From Candidatus Obscuribacterales bacterium (GTDB taxonomy: Bacteria; Cyanobacteriota; Vampirovibrionia; Obscuribacterales; Obscuribacteraceae), in the NCBI GenBank assembly GCA_965228855.1, contig CBDDIJ010000002.1, forward strand, positions 1,184,001 through 1,248,000: 64,000 nt of DNA, written 5' to 3'. Made by a program: the position numbers and the translations under genes. A model generated the notes under the pieces. The model saw only the letters and a program-made list of their open reading frames with translations. It was not told where the DNA came from and ran no database searches. Within the stretch, counting starts at the first letter, position 1. Each line of letters begins with the position of its first letter. Shown one piece after another: positions 10,438-19,000 of the stretch.

Positions 10438-10752
10438 TTAGTGTTGCGGGACCGGTGTGGGAGTCGGTCCTGCATTCGGCATAGGCAGCGGTGTTGGGAA
10501 TGGTTCAGGCGTAGGCAGAACGTTCACCTCGGTTGCAGGTGTGGCCGTGTGCGAGGGTGGTTGCGTGGTTGAACTAAATATGTTGAATAGAACCACAAGA
10601 AAGACGAAAACGGCGGTTATCGCAAGGATGCCGATCATTGGCGCTTCCATGCTTGTGCGTTTGTTTTTTTGAAACTCGACTTCTCTGTTGCGAACTTGCT
10701 CTTCCAGAGCTGAGTCGGGTGTGTGCATAAAGCTGGTGTCAGGACGTTGCAT
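10438..10752 (-). CDS. Small single-pass membrane protein with Pro/Thr-rich tail
   Basis: Hydrophobic stretch IGILAITAVFVFLVVLFNIF followed by PT repeats; AGGAG RBS upstream. Confidence 0.65.
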   Translation of the reverse strand: MQRPDTSFMHTPDSALEEQVRNREVEFQKNKRTSMEAPMIGILAITAVFVFLVVLFNIFSSTTQPPSHTATPATEVNVLPTPEPFPTPLPMPNAGPTPTPVPQH

Positions 10753-10897
10753 ATCTGCTCCTCGAATCTCGCTGGCGAGACTCAGTTGCCATCTGTAATT
10801 TGCTTGTTACGAGACGGAAGGTTTGTCCTGTGGTTCCAATTTGTGAGCAATGTCAGGTGAGTTTTTAACTTTGGGTTCTTCTCTCCAGAACGGCTCT

Positions 10898-11227
10898 CTA
10901 AGCCCAGTGCTGAGCGACGAACTCATGCTCCATTTGCACAAGTGCGATCGCATTTATAGTCTCCAGCACATCAGGATGGTTTGCACCGAACTCCGGACGT
11001 CTGATGCCCAGGGCTTTTACGAGCAGTTCCTCGGCGCGATCATGATTTTCCATGGCGAGGTTCAGCATTGCCAGCGCGTGCAAGTCTGCTGCCATCGCAG
11101 GATGCTCGGCGCCCACGCTACGCTCCTTGAGTGCGATTGCGCGACTGAGCAATTTTTCTGCTCGTTCGTAATCTCCGACTTCCTCGTAAAATTTCGCTTT
11201 GTGTTTGAGATCTAGAATTTCTTTCAT
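10898..11227 (-). CDS. Tetratricopeptide repeat protein
   Basis: Two TPR_12-like units (YERAEKLLSRAIALKERSVGAEHP; HDRAEELLVKALGIRRPEFGANHP); GAGG RBS. Confidence 0.8.
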   Translation of the reverse strand: MKEILDLKHKAKFYEEVGDYERAEKLLSRAIALKERSVGAEHPAMAADLHALAMLNLAMENHDRAEELLVKALGIRRPEFGANHPDVLETINAIALVQMEHEFVAQHWA

Positions 11228-11578
11228 TGCGATTTCCTCACCGTTAACAATCTCGGAATCGGAATTGAACAGGCGACGGCGAAGCCGCTCTGGTCGGTCC
11301 TATTCAACGAATCAGTTTTGATTGTGTAAATGATCACGCCACCATTGGCGTACCTGGCATCGTAGTCGCTTTGTGTTGTCCTTTGTGATGTGCCCAGGCT
11401 GTGCGACTGATGCTATTCCCAGGGTAACAACAGCTAGAGAAGATGAAAAGTAGGTTACCCACAGGCGAGCAAAGTTACGGGTGCGTAACTATTGTGGGTC
11501 CACTTGCTCTGGTGCGTTTTTCGTGAACTGTAGGGCTGTCAAGGATTGTATGAAAAAACAGCTGCTGTCAATATACTT

Positions 11579-11611
11579 GCAGAAAGTTGACTAAGTTGGT
11601 CAACTTTCTGC
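11579..11611. promoter_or_regulatory. Perfect 13-bp inverted repeat (operator-like)
   Basis: GCAGAAAGTTGAC-taagttg-GTCAACTTTCTGC, about 90 nt upstream of the methyltransferase start, with no poly-T tail. Confidence 0.45.
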
Positions 11612-11701
11612 GAATTAAATAAACTCGCCAAGTGACTGGCTTCCAGCGAAGGTGTTTCTGCTCGGGGGTGTTGCGTTGGCGTGGATTTTCAGGAGGCACT
11701 G

Positions 11702-13051
11702 ATGAATACTCTTGCAGCACAGGTTGTCGACTCACCCGGTTTGGACATAGACCCGCGAATTATTCGACGCATAGAGAACGCCGATCACGTTATTTTGAGT
11801 GGTGCTTCCAGTGCCGGAAAGTCGACGTTCCTGTACGCACTTCGAGAGTCGCATCCCGAGCAGTTTTCCGCCTATCAGCCAGTAATTCCGGCCAACTGGA
11901 TTAATGAGGGAATGCAGGACCTTCCGAGCAAGTCGCTGTTCCACATCAATATGCATCGTCCTATCTACGGCCGAATGCAATCGCGACCTGAGTATCTCTA
12001 TTCGAACGCGGCTGCGCCTGTGACTTGCCAAGAATACGCTTCGGAGCCGGTGTTCAAGCAGTTCTGCAAGGTTGCTCAAGGAAAGGTAATCGCGTTGATT
12101 TTGCTGACTCCGCAAGCGGAACTGGTCAAACGAATCACTGAACGCGCCGTTGTCGAGCCACGTTTCGAGGATAGCAGTAAACCGTACGATAATCGAACCT
12201 GGTCTTGGGTGGCGAAGCTTCAGGATATGAGCGAAACGCTTTCAAATTGGCTACGGCTATTGGAAGAAAAGCATATTGAGCCTGTCTTCGTAGATTCGCG
12301 GGACGGAAAGTTCGTTTTACTCGAAACCATTGAAGAGGCAAAACAGTCAGTCACGGATGGTCAGTTTCGATTGACCGAGGATGACATCAAACACATCTGG
12401 ACCAACGAACCATTCGAGTATCAGCGTATTTCGGACCTGGTCGAGGTAAATGCAAGCAATTTTGTTCAAGGAGATCGAACGTCAACCTCGCAAGAGATCT
12501 TCAAATCCGATTTTACTGATGCGAGCGTACTTGATGTTGGCTGCGCTGGTGGCTATTTCTGTTTTGAAGCCGAGAAGGCAGGCGCCTCAAAAGTTGTCGG
12601 TATCGAACTAAAAGATACTCGATACAGGCAAGCATTGTTGACCAAGCGAATAACTGGTTCAAACGTGCGGTTTGAGCAGACGAATTTGTATGATCTTGAT
12701 TCAAGCGAGAAGTTTGACGTAGTCTTTTTTCTAAATGTCATTCACCACCTGCGAGAACCGATGCGGGCTTTAGAATTGCTCAGCCGGATCACCGCTAAGC
12801 GTTTGTACCTGGAATTTCCAACGCTGACTGACCATAAGTTTTTGTCGACGATCAGCTTTGGATTTTGGAACAAGCTACTTAATCATCTACCGGTTATCGG
12901 AGTGAGTCTGGAAGATGAAGCGGGGCAGACTTTTGTGTTTTCGCAAAGCGCAATCGAGAGAATCCTCGTTCGAAATACCGCTGCTTTTTCTCGCGTTGAA
13001 TTCGTGCAATCGCATATTCCAAATCGGCTGATTGCTGTCTGTCATAAGTAA
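11702..13051 (+). CDS. P-loop domain fused to class I SAM-dependent methyltransferase (CmoB/DUF1698-like)
   Basis: N-terminal Walker A ILSGASSAGKST; C-terminal VLDVGCAGGYFCFEAEKAGASKVVGIE and FDVVFFLNVIHHL. Start moved to ATG 11702 (AGGAGG at 11691). Confidence 0.75.
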   Translation: MNTLAAQVVDSPGLDIDPRIIRRIENADHVILSGASSAGKSTFLYALRESHPEQFSAYQPVIPANWINEGMQDLPSKSLFHINMHRPIYGRMQSRPEYLYSNAAAPVTCQEYASEPVFKQFCKVAQGKVIALILLTPQAELVKRITERAVVEPRFEDSSKPYDNRTWSWVAKLQDMSETLSNWLRLLEEKHIEPVFVDSRDGKFVLLETIEEAKQSVTDGQFRLTEDDIKHIWTNEPFEYQRISDLVEVNASNFVQGDRTSTSQEIFKSDFTDASVLDVGCAGGYFCFEAEKAGASKVVGIELKDTRYRQALLTKRITGSNVRFEQTNLYDLDSSEKFDVVFFLNVIHHLREPMRALELLSRITAKRLYLEFPTLTDHKFLSTISFGFWNKLLNHLPVIGVSLEDEAGQTFVFSQSAIERILVRNTAAFSRVEFVQSHIPNRLIAVCHK

Positions 13052-13101
13052 ACTGCCAACCGCGCCGCCGGCGCCCTGCAGTCTGTTTAAAGCTCAACCT
13101 G

Positions 13102-13132
13102 AAAAAGGAGCAGGTTTATTAACCTGCTCCTT
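13102..13132 (-). terminator. Rho-independent terminator of the encapsulin operon
   Basis: 12-bp stem AAGGAGCAGGTT/AACCTGCTCCTT with 4-nt loop, running into a T tract on the minus strand, 37 nt after the encapsulin stop. Confidence 0.8.
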
Positions 13133-13169
13133 CACAAGCACTTTGACGGCGTGCGTCAAATCACGGAAT

Positions 13170-14021
13170 CTACTTGGAGTGGATTACGCAGATCGCGGTG
13201 GGACGCTTCACTCGCAGAACGAGAGACTCGTACACTCGGAATCTATAGTTCATATCGCTCGGTCCGAGATACGCAATTGAAAGGTCTTCGGCTACCGCGA
13301 TATCGAAGTTTTGCGAACCGGTTGAGAGCAGTGCGGCTGTTTTAGGTGGAACTTGTGGGCTCCAGAGTACGCCATCTGAGCATAGTTTCGATAGTTGCTC
13401 AAGTTCTAAAACCGGTGATTCTTTCACGGGCTTCAGCAACTGCTCGTACATATCGACCGACGTGAGCAGCACGTAGGGGAAGTGGTGCTCCGCATCGAGA
13501 AGCTTTTTGAGCGCGGCGTAGACATCGCGGACGGGGTCGCCGGCCTTGCTCCAGTCTCCGCCTTGAACGTTTTGCGAGCCTGGGCAGTTCAACAATCCGT
13601 GAATTCCCAGCTCTGCATTGCCGTTGAACAACAGTGCGTCTTCGGCATCACCGACCTGGTGCGCTGCGCGAACAGCGTTGGCGTTATCCAGCGGCGATCT
13701 TGTGTCCTGGCTGTATTTGACGTCGCGCCAGTGGAGGATGAAATCCTTGTAGATCAGAGGAACACGAACGTAGGTTTCCTTTTCGTGCGCGCCAATCGGG
13801 CTCGGATCTGGCTTGCCTTCGAGATCGATCTCAGCCGGTGAATCCTTTTTGATGGTTTCCAGAGACACAGTCTCTGTGCCGGCTCCAAGTGGACCGAACA
13901 ATGCCATTAGTTTGCGCGCTACCACTGTTCTACGGACTTCCATAACTGCTGCTTGCAGCATGGCATTCGCTTGCTCAGGAGAAAGCGGCAGCTCAGATAG
14001 TCTTTGATGACTCTTCCACAC
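13170..14021 (-). CDS. Family 1 encapsulin nanocompartment shell protein (Linocin M18 / HK97 fold)
   Basis: 283 aa; GPLGAG, PLIYKDFILHWRD, AEDALLFNG, GLLN, FDIAVAEDLSIAYLG, FRVYESLVLRVKRPTAIC all match the encapsulin consensus; AAGGAGGT RBS lies in the last codons of the upstream cargo gene. Confidence 0.95.
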   Translation of the reverse strand: MWKSHQRLSELPLSPEQANAMLQAAVMEVRRTVVARKLMALFGPLGAGTETVSLETIKKDSPAEIDLEGKPDPSPIGAHEKETYVRVPLIYKDFILHWRDVKYSQDTRSPLDNANAVRAAHQVGDAEDALLFNGNAELGIHGLLNCPGSQNVQGGDWSKAGDPVRDVYAALKKLLDAEHHFPYVLLTSVDMYEQLLKPVKESPVLELEQLSKLCSDGVLWSPQVPPKTAALLSTGSQNFDIAVAEDLSIAYLGPSDMNYRFRVYESLVLRVKRPTAICVIHSK

Positions 14022-14024
14022 GGT

Positions 14025-14615
14025 TTAACCTCCTTGGTTCCACAGTGGTCCAACTGTCCATTGGTTTGTTTCAGCTGGCTGATTTGGTTTTGTTTGATGA
14101 CTTTCGCGCGAACCGCTGTGACCGCCGTGAGCACCACCGGTGTGGGAGCTCTGACTGCCATGCGCGCCATGCGCGGCGTGTTCCCGGATACCGCCTCTAG
14201 CACCGTAACTGGTGCCGTCGGTTCCTTCTTGCAAGAACGTTGCTGCGGATGCAGCACTGCCTGCGGTACCAGGTTCTTGAGCATGCCCGGTCGGCGTGCC
14301 TAGTACCATAGTCTGCCATTCAGCATGTTCTTCCATAAAATGATGAAGCAGTTCTTGCTTCAGATCGAGAGGCATCGAAGCGTCGTTCATTACTCGCTGA
14401 AGAACGAAGCTGTGGTCGAGCATCTTCTGAGTCAACGCCGTGGGATTGACGTTGTGGAGTTCTTGAAGAGCGACAGTGTTCTCTTTCTCCTCAAGAATAA
14501 TGTGGTCAATGAGCCTTCCTCTTATGTCATCAGCGACTCCAGGTTCGCTTAGAAATCTATAGAAGGTCTCGGTATGGTCTGCGATGTTGTGCAGAATTTC
14601 TGCAATTTCCATCAT
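14025..14615 (-). CDS. Putative encapsulin cargo: hemerythrin/HHE-like helical domain, His/Gly-rich linker and C-terminal targeting peptide
   Basis: H14..H38xxxE42E43 and H68..H92xxxE96 repeated at a 54-aa offset; C-terminal WTVGPLW resembles the TVGSL cargo-loading peptide; stop is 3 nt from the shell start. Confidence 0.75.
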   Translation of the reverse strand: MMEIAEILHNIADHTETFYRFLSEPGVADDIRGRLIDHIILEEKENTVALQELHNVNPTALTQKMLDHSFVLQRVMNDASMPLDLKQELLHHFMEEHAEWQTMVLGTPTGHAQEPGTAGSAASAATFLQEGTDGTSYGARGGIREHAAHGAHGSQSSHTGGAHGGHSGSRESHQTKPNQPAETNQWTVGPLWNQGG

Positions 14616-15016
14616 CTACAGCTCCTGTACGAGAAAAGTGAATTCGAATTCGGTCGGTATGACGACTAGTTTACGTTACTGAACTCCGAGAGTTAACCAA
14701 GTTGCGGTTGCGGAAAATACACTCAAAAGTGCATCGGGCGGTCGTTCTCATTTTTGATGAGAACCGTTCGCATCTCTGCGACTGACTCACAAAAACACTC
14801 AAAGGTTCACCAGCGCGACTTCTTTGACCGTTTTGGCAATTCTGTCCTGCTGGCATTTTGCGAAGTGCGCTCCCAAAGTTTTCTCATTTTGAGATTGTTT
14901 CTGTTAAGCAAATGGACAAGGGGCGGATAATCGCTGTCTTGACTTCTGCGGAACCCGCCTTAAAAGTGTTGAGAATGGGAATATTAAAAGCACATTCTCA
15001 ATTAGAGGGAGCGATT

Positions 15017-15394
15017 ATGTTTGTTGGGAAGAAACGTACAAGAGAGCTTGATACAACTGACGAGTTTCAGAACGTCTGGTTTTCCGGCGCTCCTGCTGCC
15101 GAAAAGAAGGCTTCTCCTGTGAAGCAGAATATGGAAGCGATCAAGGCTTACGCTTATGAGGCTTTTGACCGGCTCGACCTCAATCACAACGGCTTTATCG
15201 AGACCGACGAGTTGTATGCGGCAATGGACAATCCGGAAACTCCGATGCGCGAAAAATCGTACATTCTCTTTCTGTTGACCAATCAAGCGGAAATCGCAGC
15301 ATCTGCGCAGGAAGGCGTAAGCGAGCAGCGCGATGGAATCTCTCGCATTGACTTGGATCTCTATTTTCGATTGGTGCTGTCGAGATTGAATTGA
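15017..15394 (+). CDS. EF-hand calcium-binding protein
   Basis: Canonical loop DLNHNGFIETDE plus a degenerate second loop (RDGISRIDL). Start moved from 14858 to ATG 15017 (GAGGGAG RBS). Confidence 0.75.
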   Translation: MFVGKKRTRELDTTDEFQNVWFSGAPAAEKKASPVKQNMEAIKAYAYEAFDRLDLNHNGFIETDELYAAMDNPETPMREKSYILFLLTNQAEIAASAQEGVSEQRDGISRIDLDLYFRLVLSRLN

Positions 15395-16008
15395 TGTTTC
15401 TCTGATCGCGTTGATCGTCGAGATTTAGTGCCTGAGCCAACATTTCTTATGTTGGCTCTTTGCGTTTTGAAGTCGCTCCATGGAACTTGCGATAGAAAAG
15501 TTACGCGAAGGTGTAGCAACTTTTCGCAATAAACCTATAAAGCTTTCTTCCAGAAACTAGACGAGGACTGGCGTTGATCGATCTGAGTAGAAAAGGCGAG
15601 AGTGGTTTCGTGATGATTTCGTGATTGCTCCTGTGCCTTTTACCCTTATATGTTTTTCGTTCGTTTTTCTTGCTGATACCACGAAACCGAGTAGTAGTCC
15701 GGCAGTTCGCTTGCCAAGCGCTAAAGAGGGAAAGCTATAAATTGTAACTTTCATTAACCGCAATTAACCGCCGTTTGACAAGTGCAGGACGGGAGTTCAA
15801 GGAATCACCCGGGTTACTTTCGCCGTACTGTCTAGGTTCTAGCGTTGAAAGGCTGTACTATTTGAGTCGCATATATGAAACCCCATGTATTGTTGTCAAA
15901 CAGTCGCCGGGGCTTCTGATATGTCGCGTCGCCCGGTAACCCTGGAGAACTGTTGCCTGGCCTGGTGATTACCGGAGTCCTCAAAAATCAATTTCGCATT
16001 TCTTATCG

Positions 16009-19000
16009 ATGGTGGAAAGAATGTCCGACAAATTAGACAAAATCGTAAATTTGCAGAACCGCACCGCACTGAGCATTTCGCTGGGTCTGGCATGCAGCAT
16101 TCCATTGGCTGCACCGGCAATGGCTCACCCTGATGCCGATCGACAAGCGTTGCGCGAACAAAGACTTTTAGAGCGCGCGGAGCGACGCGAAGTCAGACTG
16201 GAGAATCTGGCGCAACGTGGTGGCGCTAACTTCAACCTCAACTCTGGACGAGCAGTATTCTCAGCTGGCAGCCTGGGTAACTTCAATAATTTGACTATCA
16301 ACGTTGGTGGTCGCGATAAGGTCGTGGACCTCAATTCAAAACTGACCGCAGCTGAATTGGTTGCGGCTCAGCAGGTCTTGAACGGCGGTTCGCAGAGCAT
16401 CGTCATCGGACGTAACGGTGCAGCAGACGGCGGTACGATTTCTCTGAACACCGGCGTTCTCACCGGTCTGGAGCAATCAGTCGGTGGAAATATTTCATCG
16501 ATGACTGTCGCGCGAGGCGTCCAAGTAGTAGATAACAACAGTGGAATTGACCTGTCGGGTACGCTGAGAAACTTCGGAACGATCTCTGCAGCTAACGAAT
16601 TAAGCGGCGCAACCAACACCATCTCGGCTGACACCATTATCAATGGTCGTGGTGGTGCAATTGAATCTTATAGCGGTTCAGATCTCTTCGCCGCTGATGT
16701 GGCGCTCAACGCCGCTACATCTTTGACAAACAACGGATCGATTTCCAGTGCTGGAAATCTGACCATCACGGCTCCAGTGATAAGCAACGTCAGAGATGGA
16801 AGCGCTACTCCGACAATGACGGCTGGTCTCAATGTAAATTTGAATACCGCCAACCTGATAAATGATGGTTTGATCGCGGCGAACGCCGGTAACGTCAATG
16901 TCAACAATGCTGCCGGACTGACAGTAGCCGGCGCAGGGACACTGCAGGCGAGCGGTGACATTAACTTCGATACCACCAATTCCGATATCACCGTAGCTGG
17001 TGGCAACCTCCTTTCGCAAAACGTCAACTTCAACTCAGGTGTCGATGGCAAAGTCAATGCTTCCTTCGGTGAAGCGACAGGGACCATCAACGCTGAAGGG
17101 TGTGTGGTTCATCTTTATGCCGATTCATCCGCTCTAAATCTGGGTGACATCACCGCTTATGGTGACCCCATAATCACGAACACCGGAGACATTCACATCA
17201 CCGGTGCCATCGCTGCGACCAACGGTGCTCCTCTCACATTGATCGCCGGCGGCAACATCGTCAGTGATGCCGGCAACGTCGGATTGAACACCTCCAGCGC
17301 TGTGGGCGATGGTGGAGACTTGAGCCTGATCGCAGGTGCAACATTCAAAACAGATAAGAAGACCGGAAATATTGTTGTCTCCAAGAAGAGCAAGACCGGT
17401 GGTCTAATCGACCTTACCGGTGGCAACGGTGGCACTGGAGCGATAGCTTCGATCACCACCAGCTCGGCGACCGGAACGGCCGGCGACATTCAGATGGTGG
17501 CATTTGCCGCTAAGACTGTCGGTTCGGGTAGTGTCATTCTCCCGACCGGCGTCACCGTCACTGCGTTAGGCGCGACAGGCGACGGCTCGGTCACTATCAT
17601 CGGTAGCACCAAGGAAGGAACCGCGGTCGATGCGGGCAACATCGATGCCGGCTCGATCTTGATCGGTTCTGGAACTCCTGGATACCCGAAAGGTGGAGTT
17701 GCATTTGATCCGGTCACTGGTGCTCTATTGTCAGCACCATTCAGCATTAAGTCAGCAACTGCTGGAACGGTCAACATCAATGGCGCGGTTTTCGCAAGTG
17801 GTGATTTGAATGTCACTACCGGCGGTGCTCTTAATGTGATTGGCAGCTTGAATGCTGAATCAGAATCGGAAAATATGAACATCACCGCAGGTACAGTCAA
17901 TGTAGCTGCAGGTGGTTCGATCCTGAGCGATGACAACGAAGTTGTCACAATCAAAACATCGGATGCGTTCACTCTTGATGGAACCATCTCGGTTGGAACG
18001 TTGAACCTCACTGCTGATTCATTATTGATTAGCACGACTGGTGCGATGCTCGACAAGCTCGACAATGTCACGACCAAGGGTGCAATTCAAGTTGACGGAC
18101 AACTAGGAAGGCAACCTGGGGTCATTGATCCGACGCGGGCAACAACAACGCTTAACGTCACCGCAGGTGGTGCATTTGTAATCGGTGCCACTGGCAACGT
18201 ATCGGCTGACGGCTCGATAACTGGTTCTACTTTCCAGAATGATGGGTCGAGCGTAGGCAATTTGACCTACACGGCTACAAGCAAGAAGGCCGGCGGTTTT
18301 GTCAACAATGGATATATTGATGGACTCAATGTCACCGTAAATTCGACCTTCATTCAAAACGCGTCAGGTGCACAATTGCAGGCGACACTGCAGACGCTGC
18401 CTACCGACATTCCGACCTTGACGTTGAATACGACAAATATCGACAACCAGGGTCAAATCGGAGCAATCGGAGCATGGAAGGAAAGCCCGGGCGTTCTTTC
18501 CATCAACTCTACAAAGGGACTCACCATCACTGGCGTTGATGGCGGTTTCTTCACAGACTTCCAGAGCACGGTTTCGCTAACCGCAGCCGGCGATATCGTA
18601 ATTGGTGGCAATGACGGTGTGACTAACTCCAATCCGTTCTCCGCTATCGAAAACAATCCTGGACTGGGAGCATTCAACGTCGAAACGACCGGGGCGTTTG
18701 AAAGCACGATTTCGAACATCACCGTGCAAAGCGATGGCGAAGGTAACTACGGAACAATCAATATTGTTGCGAAGAGCATCGATTACAACGGCGTGGGCGC
18801 AGCGCCGGCCTACGACTTTATCGCGACCGGCGATGCTGAATCGACTGGAAAAGCTCCAGTCAGCATCGAAATCACCGGCAAGCAAGGGATCACTTTCGGA
18901 ACAGCTCCCGGCAATATAAATGTCGAGATATATGGTTTCGACAAGACAAACACGGCATCATTCATTACGCCGACCAATTTGAACGTCAATATGGCGAATC

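Noticed and set aside
11702..13051. Calling the fusion WbdD or cmoB
   Set aside because: WbdD has an N-terminal methyltransferase and a protein-kinase-like domain, unlike this P-loop-first order; CmoB has no P-loop domain.
14858..15016. Extended starts of the EF-hand ORF (and similarly of ORFs at 25789, 46429, 48664, 52477, 58178)
   Set aside because: Downstream ATGs give better RBS spacing or avoid overlap, and match where the recognisable domain or signal peptide begins.
15895..16000. Riboswitch in the leader of the giant exoprotein
   Set aside because: Only a 7-bp CCGGTAA/TTACCGG inverted repeat; no c-di-GMP or other aptamer consensus recognised. An Rfam scan would be needed to exclude it fully.
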